Shown: one piece after another, positions 23,799 to 37,245 of the stretch
How positions within the stretch are numbered: the first letter of the stretch is position 1
Layout of the letters: the number at the start of each line of letters is the position of its first letter
Assembly: GCF_031769215.1 (NCBI RefSeq)
Contig: NW_026781910.1
Location: 744,001-808,000, forward strand
Source of the DNA: Ylistrum balloti
Taxonomy: Eukaryota
DNA: 64,000 bases
Direction: 5' to 3'
Notes under the pieces: generated by a model
Told to the model about the DNA's origin: nothing
Seen by the model: only the letters and a program-made list of their open reading frames with translations
Databases searched by the model: none
Position numbers and translations under genes: made by a program

Positions 23799-24646
23799 TG
23801 TGCCTTGATGTAAAAAAAAATCCCAGATTATTGTAAATGTACATATTTTCAATTATATATATATATCATGCATTTTATATATATATATATAATTAAAGTG
23901 ATAATTAAACTGTAATTCTTATGAAAAACTTTTGGGGTTTCTGTGCCACATTTAACGAATTTTATAAAAATAGCATTTAAACATTATGCATGTGGTAAAA
24001 TGTCCTGTTAAAGTAATAACACTTTAAAGAAACAAATGCATATAAAGATACTTCAAGATGGAAAATATCCAAATAAATTGATATCATCGATGTCAGTATG
24101 TATTTTTATTTTAAGAATTTAAAGATTTCACCACACCACTTTCTAAATCTAATTGTAAATGCTCACGAGTTCTATGTAAAGTGTTGCCATATAGTGATTG
24201 TAATGTCGTGCTAATACATTCCAAATTATAGCCATATTTCACCGTAGTAGACTTATTTACAGCAAAGGTACTCGCTACTGAGATTTCTTTGAGAAATTAT
24301 GGAATGCTCCATTCATTTATCATTCATGTTTTATAATTTGTGTGTCTCGTGTACAAATACAAATATAAAGCATTAGTGTTTGTAACTCCATGAGCTTTCA
24401 TGTATCATACTACTGTATGCCAGGAAAGCAATCTATAGATGTACGCTCTCTAGTTACGTGTTCTAAACATCCATTCATATATCACAACACATCATAATAT
24501 CGATAAATTCTTTTCAAGAGAAACTCATTCTGAATGCCTCGCAGAAGTTCCTGTATTACGTCATATATTCTTCTCAAACAGTAGCAATGTTGGCGTATCG
24601 AAAATTGCACGTGCAAAGCAAAATTACTGTCTATTGTCTAACTTAC

Positions 24647-24814
24647 CTTAACGATGGTCTCCGTTATAGACTTCACAGAATCCTGTTAAACGAATCTGTA
24701 GCTGTTCTCACTTCGCATCACAGTAGTGTTATTTATCTAATCTAAAAATAGTTCAGCGAGCATTTGCTATATTTGTTGACCAATCAGATATCTTCATCTG
24801 AGACGCTGACGTCA
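24647..24814 (-). promoter_or_regulatory. Putative promoter and non-coding first exon of RhoBTB-1
   Basis: AG|GTAAGT donor at 24647, CCAAT at 24780-84, CRE TGACGTCA at 24807-14. Homologous block at 38739-38930. Confidence 0.5.
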
Positions 24815-26547
24815 GACATGTTCATAGATGCTCTAATTCTAAGCTTGATAAAACGGTTATCGTTTTACTATTAAACAGTTAGAAAATGACTTTAAATTAT
24901 GGAACAAAATTAAGCAAAACGTTAGAGAAGAAATAAATATTGTGATTGATGACCAGAAGGATTCAGGTAGTCGGTGGTTAGTAGACCTTGGCTTTTCTTA
25001 ATATAATATATAATTCTGTGGAGTTTGGTTGCAAAGTCAACATTGTTGATATTAAAAAGTAAAATTGACAACTTTATATGCTATCTATGCTTCAAAACAC
25101 GTGAAATGTTTTATCTTCTAATAAGATCAAGTAACTATTAAGAACGACTTCAAGAGTGCATACATCAACCTTTTTTTTAGTACACACTGTAAAATTCGAG
25201 CTAACTTACCGAGAAATACCAACGAAATAGTATTTCAAAGTGTTCAAAATTACATTTTACGCACTAAAAGATTTGAATGATTGTTACATTATTTTTGTAT
25301 GATAATTAAATATTTATATACATATAGTATCAGTATCGGCGCGTCACCAGCTGGTTGAATATCAATCCGACATACGTCTACTTACTAACTCCTTTCCTTG
25401 ATCCCCTACTCTCTCTACCCCTCTACTCTGAACTGATAACATGATTTCTCTTGTTTTTCGATATCCATATGACGTTATTTCTTTAAACATTGATAAATGC
25501 TTACAGTGCTGTTAAGTAGAATCACATCAAGGAGACAGATTTATATACGTGTTCATCACTTGTTTCTGAATCCTTTTCTTTTGTATACCTAAGTACTCTG
25601 TAATATGTTATGTAATAAGAAAGAAATAAAGTTTAAACTAAATTCGAGCTCGGTATTGAATTTGCGAAGGCTTAAACACATTTAAAATCCGCTGTAAATA
25701 ACTAATCTTTTCTGATAATATTTGTATGCATATAAAATAGGTGTGTAAATTCTTCTTTCAGCATGAATGACGTCATACTTTTAAATTATATCATATTACA
25801 CAGAAAAGTCCTGTATTCCGACGTAATTAAGTATCAAATAATATTAGATAACATTTAATCGAAATGAGGTCAAAGACAATCTGAGTAAAGGTATTAGTTT
25901 CTTGTCTTCTTACCTCCATCTTGAATCTTGTAATCTAGTTTTGTTAACAAGTATCATAATATGTAGTTGCATATCAATTACATTTTCAAAAATAAAGAAA
26001 AAATGTGAAATTATTGGATTCTTTTAAATGAACTTCACATTTCCTTTTCTTGCATCATACCGATCGAAGAGAATACTTTATCTTGCAAATATCTAATTTC
26101 TTCATACAATATTTGCATGTAGATTTTTATTTATACAGTCGACTGACTCTAGAACCTTAATACGTGTGTGGGCTCTTTATCAGTATAATAGAATAAGGAG
26201 GACGTTTTTAAAGACGTTCTTCAGCTTGTTTAGTGCTCCTTAGATGTTCCCCAAAACGGCGTTGAGTTGTAGATGTCACCAATGTAGTATGAGAGTCGTA
26301 TATTTGTTTCTAGACACATCGTCTATTCTTGAGACTGTAGACTGAGAGGTGTGTTTGTGAAGGACGGGGTATTGAGAAGATAAACTGGAATATCAAAAAA
26401 AAATATAAAATGTAATTGTTAATAGTGAAATTTGTCACTCAAGTGTAGAACATAATTTGTGTTACATATTCTGGTGGCAGCGGTGGGATCATTCTAAGGA
26501 GAAGGACTCGGTTATCAAAGATATAAAGCTTATTAGAACTGTTCAAT

Positions 26548-27533
26548 ATGTCGACGCCTGAAGAAACGGAAACTGCGAAGATGACAGAAGCACAAACAAA
26601 GCTGGAAATAAGAAGACTCGAAATTCAAGCAGAGAAAGAGGAAAAAAATAGAAAAAGAAAAACTTCAAGCAGAGAAAGAGGAAAAAGAACGCCAAATGAA
26701 CTTAGAAAAAGAAAAACTTCAAGCAGAAAAAGAGGGAAAAGAACGCCAAATGAATTTCGAAAGAGAAAAACTTCAAGCAGAGAAAGAGGAAAAAGAACGC
26801 CAAATGAATTTCGAAAGAGAGGATGGACGCCGAAGAAAAGGAAAGAGAACATCAAAGGAAAGTGAAAGAATTGGAATTAGAGATTGAAAAAGCAAAACTT
26901 CAAAAGGAACGAAGTGACACAAATTCTAACCCTGTGCCGTTTAGACTGAAACTGCAACCTTACATTCATGCTGAATGTGAGGATATAGTGACATTCTTAT
27001 CAGAGTTTACTGCTTTATCAACACAGGCTGGATGGACAGAAGAAGTAAAAATGCTACAGCTGAGAGCCTTGTTAACAGGTGAGGCCAGAGAGGTAGCTAT
27101 TCAAGCACATGGGTCATTTGAAGAACTTTGTAAAGCCCTAATGGACAGGTACGGGAAAAGGCCCTACCAATATTTCAAGCTATTACAGACAGCCCAAAGG
27201 GAACCTAAGGAAACATACAGAGGACTTATGGCAAGAATTGAACAATATCTTACTAGATTTGTGGACTCAGTAGAGGATGTCATGGAAAAATTCAAAGAGG
27301 AATATTTTCTTAGTGCATTGCCAGTGTCACAAGCACAATGGATACACCGTAACAAAGGGTCAAGCAGTGTGGTTGAAGCCGCAGAGGATTATATTCTACC
27401 TGAACGGAATATAAACAAATCAACGCAAGGTAAAAGTATAAATGGAAAAACTTTTACCTCTGATCGGGACCAGAGAAAGGAGCAATCGACAGAGCAATTG
27501 AAAAGTGTGCAGTGTTACAAACAGAGAAGGTAA
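26548..27533 (+). pseudogene. gag: Retrotransposon gag (frameshifted; coiled-coil repeats and SCAN-like capsid C-domain)
   Basis: Three successive frames (26548, 26696, 26823). 54-bp/18-aa EKEKLQAEKEEKERQMNF repeats; QLRALLTGEA; EEYFLSALPVSQAQWIHRNKGSSSVVEAAEDY. The zinc knuckle is truncated at VQCYK. Confidence 0.85.
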
Positions 27534-30500
27534 AAATTTTAGTGCGACAATACACGGGAGGACTTATCCATGTCCCAGGAGAGGTCAATGGCCGTGATAT
27601 TAGTTTCGTGAAAGACACTGGGTCAGCGATGACCTTGATTAGGGAAGACCTGGTGGACCCAAGTTGTGTATTGGAGGGTCAGCGGGAGACGCTGTGTACA
27701 GCGACTGGACAGCCGTTTTCAGCCAAACTGGCTATCGTTGATATGGACACGCCATATTATAAGGGACATGCTCAGGTCGGATTAGTGCCTGACCTTGTCG
27801 CTGAAGCCCTGTTGGGGGTAGACATCATAGAGAGACAATCAAAGGCTGTGAATGTTGTTACGCGTGCACAACATCGTAATAACATTGCTGAAGAAAGGCT
27901 AGCTGAGGACAAGGAAAAGGAATGCCATGTAAAAGTTGGAATGGACCCCGACACGGACCAAGTGGATGCCAGTAAGGGAAGTGATGTTGGACAGGCGAAC
28001 GATGTGGACCTGGACCATGGCGATGGCGTTGGTGAGGACATTGACAACATCAGTGAGACTGTATCCCACAGCAATGGGGATGATACAGTTAACATCACAA
28101 CAGAGGAACCGCTTGAACTTTCTGCTGTAAATGCTGAAGTGCTTAGTAAGCTTCAGCAGGAAGATCCAACTTTAGCCAACATTCGGAGAAAAGCTGCAAG
28201 TTCAGAGGAATCTGTGCAGGAAGATAGGAATGCCCTGTACTGGGAAAATGGGATTCTCCGTAGGAAATGGGAGTCTAGTGATGGAGCCCAACATGGAGTC
28301 CAGGTAGTACTACCAGAGGCACTACGTCTCAATATCATTAAATTGGGACATGATGGACCACTTGCGGGACATTTAGGGATAGAAAAGACCAAAGAGCGTG
28401 TCGTTAATTCGTTCTATTGGCCAGGGATTTTTAAGGACATACAGGAATACTGTAGTACTTGTAACGTATGTCAAAAGACCGCCAGAAGACGTGGTGACGA
28501 GAAAGCTCCATTAGGACAACCACCGATCATTAGTGAGCCATTTTACAAAATATCTATGGATGTTGTTGGGCCACTGTCTCGAACAAAGAAGGGGAACAGG
28601 TTTATTCTTACCGTTATGGATGACGCAACAAGGTACCCAGAAGCTTTTGCATTAAAGAATGTGGACGCAGAAACCATAGCTAACACATTGGTGGAACTGT
28701 TCAGTAGGGTAGGAGTGCCTCGTGTTATTCTGACAGACCAGGGCACAAATTTCACCTCAAAAATGATACAAGAACTCTACCGTGTGATGGGAATCAAGGG
28801 CATAACAACATCGCCATACCACCCACAGGCTAATGGGAAGGTAGAAAGATTTAACGCAACTCTCAAAGCTGTGTTAAAGAAACTCTGCACGTCAAATCAG
28901 GAAGCCTGGGACGAGCTGTTGCCATATGCATTGTTTGCATATAGGGAAGTACCCCATGAGGAAACGGGATTCTCACCATTTGAGATGCTATATGGATGGC
29001 CGGTCAGAGGACCATTACAGATTTTAGAGCAAGCCATGACAGGTGAAGGAGAGCTTAGAAAATCTGTCATTGACCATGTTGTTCAGATGAGAGAAAAGCT
29101 CGCAATGGTTAGAGAAACAGTACAGGAAAACCTGACAATCAAACGGCAAAAGATCAAAGAGTGGTACGACAGGAGCGCCACAAAACGGGAACTTCGACCT
29201 GGGGACGAGGTTCTACTATTACTACCATCAGACACATCAAAAATGGTCGCCCAATGGAAAGGACCATATAGGGTCATAAGGAAAGTCAACGACGTCAACT
29301 ATGAGGTCAGTGTTGGAGGACGTCGTAAACGAGTTGTTTATCATATCAACCTACTACGGAAGTACAATAGAGCTGTCCAAAACGTCATGTTTGTCGAAAA
29401 GGTTGACATCGCCTATTCTGATTTTGACGGTTCTAATTCAACATTGGAGGTAACACTGGATGTTACACTTGGCAAAATGTTAGATAAGTCACAGCGCCAA
29501 GAAATACGTCAGCTTTGTCAAGAATACAGTGATGTCATAAATCCTAATCCAGGAAAAACATCGTTAGTTACGCACAGCCTGAGGACAACGTGTGAGAAAC
29601 CAATCCGACAACAGCCATACAGAATTCCTCGAGCCAAAAAACAAGAGGTGAAGAAAACGTTGGATGAAATGATAGTTTTGGTGGAAAAGAAGGATACTAC
29701 AACTCAGCTATGTGTGGATTACAGGAAACTCAACGACGTAACTGTATGTGACGGGTACCCAATACCCAGGGTGGACGAGATATTTGAAAAGCTAGGCAAA
29801 GCTCAATACCTCAGCACTATGGACCTAGCAAAGGGATACTGGCAGATACCTCTGTCTCCAGATTCACAGGAAAAGTCAGCTTTCGTAACTGAATTTGGAC
29901 ACTTCCAATTCAAGGTAATGCCTTTTGGTATGAAAACAGCGCCTGCTACATTTGCAAGAATGATGGACAGACTGTTAGCAGGAGTAGAACATGTGGTCGC
30001 TTACTTTGATGATATAGTGGTATACAGCGACACATGGAAGGAACACCTTGAACATATCAAGACTGTATTGGACAAACTTCGGGAAAGTGGATTAACAGTA
30101 AAGCCATCAAAATGTCAATTTGGTGAAGAGGAACTTTACTGTCTGGGACACATTGTCGGGAAAGGAAAGCTTAAACCAGATAGTCGGAAGGTTCAAGCCA
30201 TGGTTGACTTCCCCCTCCCACAAACCAAAAAAGGGATTAGGTCATTTCTAGGTATATTATTATGTTTCACTGGTTATTATAAGGAAAGACAAACCAAGGC
30301 AACCCAAATGAATGGATGACACTGTAAATGCATTCAACCAACTTGACCAAGGCAGGATAGCAAATATTTTAAAGAGCGTCATTCAGATGATGCCAGCAAC
30401 GTGGCTATTGGAGCGGTCTTAAGTCAGAATATCAACAATAAGGAACACCCTATTGCGTACATCAGCAGAAAGTTACTGCCGCGGGAACAAAATTACTCTA

Positions 30501-30739
30501 CAGTGGAGAAGGAATGTTTAGCTATCGTTTGGAGTGTTGAGTCATTCTCCTATTATATTAGTGGTGTTCACTTTACCATTTTGACTGACCACAATCCACT
30601 TAAATGGCTTGATAGGACCAAGCAAAAGAATCAGAGACTGTTAAGATGGGCACTGGCATTACAACAGTTTCATTATACAATCAGATATCGAAGGGGCCAG
30701 GAAAATGCCAATGCGGATGGACTATCCACAATTGAATAA
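27512..30739 (+). pseudogene. pol: Retrotransposon pol: protease - integrase - reverse transcriptase - RNase H
   Basis: DTGS at 27614. HHCC from 28349, DVVGP/DQGTNF/VERFN core and GPY at about 29261. RT motifs LCVDYRKLN, MPFG and YFDD (30002). RNase H DASNVAIGAVLSQ ... TDHNPL lies in another frame (about 30385-30739). A short deletion removes the RT N-terminal GIIEPS..SPW segment. Confidence 0.93.
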
Positions 30740-32629
30740 ATAGTGTATATATTTTAAAAAAAAGGAGACGAACACTGACTCTGGATGTATCATCAATTGT
30801 GAACATGTGATAAGGTTGTGATGTGTATACCTTAAGAACAAACAGTGACAGTCTAACAGAAGTACCTTATCCAAGGAAGTTAACAGTATATTGTAGAATT
30901 TAGAATTAACTGTTGTTCAAGTAAACTTACCAGTGTTTGTGTACATACTAAATATTATCTCAGCCTGAGTATCATGAGCAGTTTGCTATCTATGAACTTT
31001 TAGACCGTAAAAGTTTTCTTAGGCAGGGGGATGTTAATAGTGAAATTTGTCACTCAAGTGTAGAACATAATTTGTGTTAAATCTTAATGTGACTGGCTGG
31101 CTTATCAGACAGATAGTTTAATTGCGGTCACCTTAGTGTCAGAATCATGCCGTGAAACATTGGCTGGACATGCTCTCCACCATGGAGACATCAACTGGTC
31201 ACGGTTTAATTGTAGATCAGTAGAAGACACTTTCCCTATCAGAATTAGATTATAATTGCTTTAGGATAAACTGTAAGATCACAGCAAATAGAGTCAGTCC
31301 TGGTGTGGCCGGGGAAGGAGTAACTTGTTAAGCTCGATACTCAGGCCATACATGTTATCATTGTTGTAACTTGTGTTAATACTCAACATTTGTACTTGAG
31401 AACGGTTGTTGCTGGTCTTTTGTATAACATAAGGATAGTACAACATAGCGGGGTAACAGTAATCATCGCTGTTTGGGGAAGCAAGGACATTTCTATGTTA
31501 TCATACAACCAGGTGAAAACCCTTTCGGTGACGTTTCAGTAACGATCTGGATAAGGGACCGATGAAGAACGTCTGACGAGATGCTCAGTCCTGGTGTATA
31601 TAAATGATGGACATAGTTCATATATCAGTATGTCTATAAATGAAACTGAAGGAATTCACAAGGTCTTTGAAACGTGTCTTGATAAGGTCTTTCAACATCG
31701 TATGAAAATTCTTTCAAGATCGTATGACAAAGCCAAGACCGCCAAAAGAAGGACGCATTATTATGAGAAGATACATAGTGTTATCATAGAATCAATTTGA
31801 ATTATGTTTTTTCAATTTGATGTTTGATGTTCCGAAGGTTATTATTGTAGTTATATTCCAAAGAAGCAAATACGTTTTAATGTCAACATTCCATTTACCA
31901 TGCAGTCATAATGATTATAAGACTTGTTTGCAAATGCCATCTATCACGAAGTTGATACGAAAAGTTTCTGACTAGAAATTGAGATATCTGTAAAACATTT
32001 CAGAAATCTGCGAATTTGATGTGTGTAAGTAATATTATATTGTACTCTCGTCATGACAAAACTGAGTGACAGAATAAGATCAAATAAAACATGAGAACTA
32101 TGCATTTTATATATACAGTAGCTTCAATACACAATGGCACTAACATGAAATGTAACAAGTGATATATTACTTTGACAATAACCCGCCATTATACATAACA
32201 TTGACAAGTGATGATATCGATTTACACATGTATTTGCATTTTCTTGCAATGGCAAATCTCTCTTGATTAAATAGTTGATGAAGTACTTAATTAATGTTAA
32301 ACACAGCAATACACACTCACATAACGTCTCTCTCTTCTCCCATTTCTCTTTATCCATATGCCCATTCATGACGATTCATGTTCCAGGTTATAACACTTAT
32401 ATTGTCAACGAATATGATTGATTAAAATGCAGAATGAAGGAATTAAACATAATTAAAAATAATAATAATAATAAAATATTTAAAATGAAATGACAATCAT
32501 TATACCATCTTAATCAATATGTACAATTTGTCCGATTCCGACAGGAGTTTAAATTGTTGTTAATTCTGGTTAATGACAAAATTTCTGAATCACACTAATC
32601 TAACGCACCTTATATACTAACATACGCTT

Positions 32630-35600
32630 TTACATGATTGAACACTTGGACGAGAATCTCCTATGCCTTATTTTCCACTTCCGCTCGTATTCCTCAACAT
32701 CACGAATGTACGATAGCGGCGGCCATTGATTCGCTTCAATAAAGGTTCTATTTTCTTCGTTCAGCGACGATAATTCCACCCGATTCTTGAATGCTGTATA
32801 GTTTGTAGAAATGAAATGAAGACACCATCTGGACAGCTGTTCTGCATTGTAATCCTGTCAAAATACATACAAATATTGATATTTAAACAGAATTACCGCG
32901 GGACTTTTTTCAATGATAGGTTTCATTAATGTATATACCAGATCTTTCATTTTCATAACAAATCGTATAATCGAAATTAGTGCATTTAATGAATAAAATA
33001 GAGGAGGAAAATTCTATATGATCATGCCTTTTAAAGGAAATATTTTACAGCTAACTACATATATCATCATATCTTTACCTGTGATGACTGTAAAAGTCCG
33101 ATGACATCGATGTCTGCTTTTTCTATAGTCTTTATCACACTTTTGTTGACTTCCTTAGTTATATGTAATTCACACAGATTCGTGAGACGTTTAAGACCGT
33201 ATTTATCCGCCAGAACAATGAGTGATATCACATCAGTCTGTTCAATAGGTGCCTGGTCGGTGTAGAGATATTCCAAAAGAGCCAAGAAACATTCCGACGT
33301 TGTAGCTTGGATATCAATCTACACCATTAAAACAACAAAATGTATTAGAAACATTTACTGTATTAACATGCTCAAACATTTATATGCAGTTATAAGCATT
33401 TTAACTGTACGACTTTGAGGTTTTGATGTCAATTACACCTACCTCGAGTAAGCTTGATTGGTCTTTCACACAGCTATCTTGAATCGTAACCGCCATGTTT
33501 TTGCATCTGGCAGTTAAGACACTTTTATGAGCATAAATGTTTCTTCCTGAAAGAAACAAGTGTCATTTATGATAATTCATTTTCACACTATGTAATATAT
33601 GATATTGCTTTGTTCCTTCTCGATTGATTTAAAATTGTTATTTCCAAAGCTAAGTTCAGCAGCCAGGTAATAAGTAACAGTACAGAAATAGACAAAAACA
33701 CGAAGATGGATCTCTTTTCAAATGCTTGTCGATTTCTGGGAAAATAAAAGATCAGAATAAGCATGAAGCAATTTGACGGATTTCTTAAAAATCATTAACT
33801 TGGTATTAAAATTGAAGGGTTGCCACTTAAAGACTGCTAAACTCAAAGCGTTTGGAAGCAAGGTATTATTTCTTACCTTCAGTACGTTTTCGTAACAGCG
33901 TGATATACAAACAGCTGCAGTAGAATTGAGCATTTGTTAGGCAATACTCTTATTATTTAATCAGATAATATATGTAATAGCTTCTCATGTATATACACTT
34001 TACTCTATGAAGCCATTCACAATAACTGAAGCTCACCTTCCACATTAAACGTGACGTCAGCCGTTTCAGGTGTGTTGAAATACAGATCCTTCATATTCCG
34101 TCTTGTTTCGTCAGTCATGGAGGTACCTATACTTGGATTAAGAAATGCCTGACCAGCGAGACAATTTTGACAAATCTCCGTCAGTTTCGGCAATTCAAAA
34201 GTGGCAGCTAGATTAATGATGTCATCAAGTTCTTCCGGGTCAATTTGATCCTGGTCGTTAGCTAGAGTGGGAACACCTGAGGAAACGCGATATATCGGTA
34301 TGTATTTGTATTCCAGCACCTATTACTATTTATTATGATTTTCCCGTTACTAACATGTACGTATTGTTTGGAAGGCAAGTCAAATTTTCCCATGAACGAA
34401 CAGCAAATATATCGATTCGTCTAATTCTTTAAGTAATTTTAATGCCCACGTTCTCTAACAGTGTTGTTTACCTTTCTTAAATAGTAAATATTTCGTGTTA
34501 TGATAACAAGATATAAATTACAAGTATGAATAAAACTTACCAGAGTACAGAAATTGCAGAATTTTGACGAATGTTTTGGGTTTGATATCTGGACTAAGTT
34601 CAACCACTGTATGACGATGACCTTTACGTTGGGTATCCTTTGTTAACTCGTCCTTGCCATATACAGCTACTATTCCCGCTATTTGTTCAGAGTTCATTTC
34701 ATACATAGTGAAGTTACTCGCGGACTTCGTTCTCTTCCTCTGAAGAGTTAAACGAAAAAGAAAGAGTTTTAAAACGTTTGGAACAACACGAATATGAAAC
34801 ACTGAATAAAATTCTTCATAAGGAGAAATTCTTCTTATCCTCAAATCTTTCAAAAGATACAATGACTCGCAAAACAATATATCCAATATTTCACTAACAA
34901 TAATCAAGTTACCATATGTGACCTCATCATTCCAAAGACTCGTCTGAAGTATGTGGAAGATGAACACAAAACTATCGTATGTGCGTCAAGGTTGAGCTGT
35001 CCTCTCAATATGAATGTAACGTCTGCATGAACAGGGTTTTCGTGCATAGCCAGCCAATCGTCTGCAAACCTTGATGTTTCAACTTCAATTTTCGGGGCCA
35101 TACCTAGAACATATTAGGAATAGATCAAACAAATTTGTGTATGTATATTGTATAACGATTCGTATATTTATACAATATACATACACAAATTCGTTTGATA
35201 ACAGATTGCGATTTGTTATATTATTTCCCTACTAAAGAAATGAAGAGTAAAAAAGGTCAATGACATTATGTAATTTTACCTTCCTAATTAATGCAATTGA
35301 AAATGAAAAAAATCTAGTATTTCGACAAGCTACCATCAAGATGTACATCTACAACTACAGTCTACACTTTTCTGTTTCGTTCTAAATGTGCTAAATGCAG
35401 AATCGAGCTACACCTACATGTTAAGTTTCGATCTTATAAATGACCTATAATATTTACTTTGCTCTAAACTGATTATCTACTTGTGTCTACTATCTGCTGT
35501 ATGTGGCTCTAAATTTGCGTTAAAAAGTTCCAACATTTTCTGTACATTCTTCTACATCAAAATAAGTAAATTTCACATCTAAATAAATTATTAAATGGAT

Positions 35601-37245
35601 AAAGCGGAGGAAAGTCAATGCATATATGAAAAATGTAAGCCAAATAATGAATTAAACTACGTTATTAGTTCTTTCCGCCTTCCAGGACTCCTAATTGATA
35701 CACTAACAAAACCACGCTCGTGTTAACTTGCCTGCGGAAGGCATTACAGGAGGAGGGGGTATCCGTTTTCTATTGCCACAAGAGAACCATGGTTGAATCG
35801 TTGTTGTTGTCGCCTTAAGCAACGCTTCCCTGATCTAAAACATAATACCGCGATTGACAATAAACGAACACATCATATCTACATTAGTATATAATCATAT
35901 ATCACTTGTTACGTATGTGCTTTACTAAATCACTATGAAGGTTACTTGTCTGTGGAATAATATTGCTCACCGTATTCGAGGATTGAATAAAATTGAATAG
36001 ATACAGGAATATATGAACTATCACAATAAGCGGGTGCATCGTTATCTGACATTCGTAAGGTGTCCGAAATTGCATCTTTCACACAATTACCTTCGCCTAA
36101 TACTGATTTGATTTGGTATAGAGCAAAGGAATAAGTAATCTACCAAAACATGAGCTTCGTGATATTATTGACAGAACAAGACTCACTGCTGTATGGAAAC
36201 CGTCTTTTACTCCTTGTTGTGTTCGTGCACTAGTTTCTATGTAGCATAATCCTAAATCACTGGCGAACTTTGACCCTTCTTCACGCGTCACCAAATCAGC
36301 TGTTGGTTTATCTCTCAAATCTATAAGATAGACAAGAATTATTCTAGCATTTTTCAACTGTTCCTAGAAAAAGTGGCTTGTATCTTTACACTTAATTCAT
36401 TGTGTGATATAACAAGATTTACTCTAAATATTTATCTTCACTCAGAGTAAGGGCAGAAAAAGCAAAAATAACAAATCCTTCTATTCTACATATCTTAAAA
36501 CTGTTGAAATTCTTACCTACTTTGCAGGCAGCGAGTACAATTGGCGTATTAGGACAAAACCGTCTTAGCTCTGGAACCCACTTAACCTTCACATTAGCAA
36601 GAGATTCTCTGTTGTCAATGGAAAAACAGACAAGGAATACATCTGTAAGAGGATAGGACAGCGGCCTCAGAAAGTTCTGCTCCTCCGACTGAAATATCAG
36701 ATTTAACACATCACTGAGTACAGTAACTAATGATTTATCATAGAAGAGAACGACTTCTTCCCTGAAATTAATAAAGAGGTCATTATGATAACACCTGTGT
36801 TGGCCCTCAAGATAATATTTAAGCTAACGCAACGGCTGATGTTGACAGAAAAATCCGTTTAGTGTAAATTTGCTTCTCGTTATTTTTAAATTATGATGTT
36901 AGTAGAAACCTGACTTGACTTGATTTGAATCTATTATCGCTACACTGATAGAATAATAATAAAAAACGGGGAGTAACTCTGCTACATCTGATAAAATTAA
37001 TTAACATGCTTGAAGACTGATATTCATCGTTTTGAAATATGAAAATGTGATTGGCTTACAGTTCCATGTGTATCCCACAAACACACACTGACAGGTGTTC
37101 CGCAGACCATGTCATCTTCAACGTAATTTTCAAACACTGTAGGAACGTATGTCTCGGGGAATGTATTCTTTGCATAGGCAATGAATAGACAAGTCTTCCC
37201 CGTGGCTTGATCTCCAACCGTGACAAGCTTTAGATCATATGGCAT
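32630..37245 (-). CDS. rhobtb: RhoBTB-type atypical Rho GTPase, copy 2 (597 aa, CAAX)
   Basis: Exons: 37245-37060, 36688-36517, 36320-36187, 35834-35732, 35103-34913, 34739-34541, 34276-34037, 33546-33443, 33318-33079, 32854-32630. Exon lengths are the same as copy 1. [14 protein letters not shown], ends SSKCSIM*. Confidence 0.93.
35124..35199. other. 76-nt inverted repeat in RhoBTB-2 intron 4
   Basis: Arms 35124-35155 and 35168-35199, 31/32 Watson-Crick pairs. Confidence 0.9.

Larger units (their letters stand above)
26417..31458 (+). mobile_element. Gmr1-type Ty3/Gypsy LTR retrotransposon, degenerate
   Basis: TSD GTAAT (26412-16 and 31459-63). 5' LTR 26417-26466 (truncated). PBS TGGTGGCAGCGGTGGGAT 26472-89, complementary to the tRNA-Leu 3' end. 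PPT 31021-31. 3' LTR 31032-31458 with TGTTA...TAACA ends. Gag plus pol in PR-IN-RT-RH order. Confidence 0.95.

Noticed and set aside
27164-29298. Antisense ORFs within the retrotransposon
   Set aside because: Short shadow frames opposite gag/pol, with no independent coding signal.
31464-31800. Gene interrupted by the LTR element (ORF 31594-31800; frame crossing the empty site)
   Set aside because: The rejoined frame is only about 58 codons, with no recognisable domain and no convincing splice sites.
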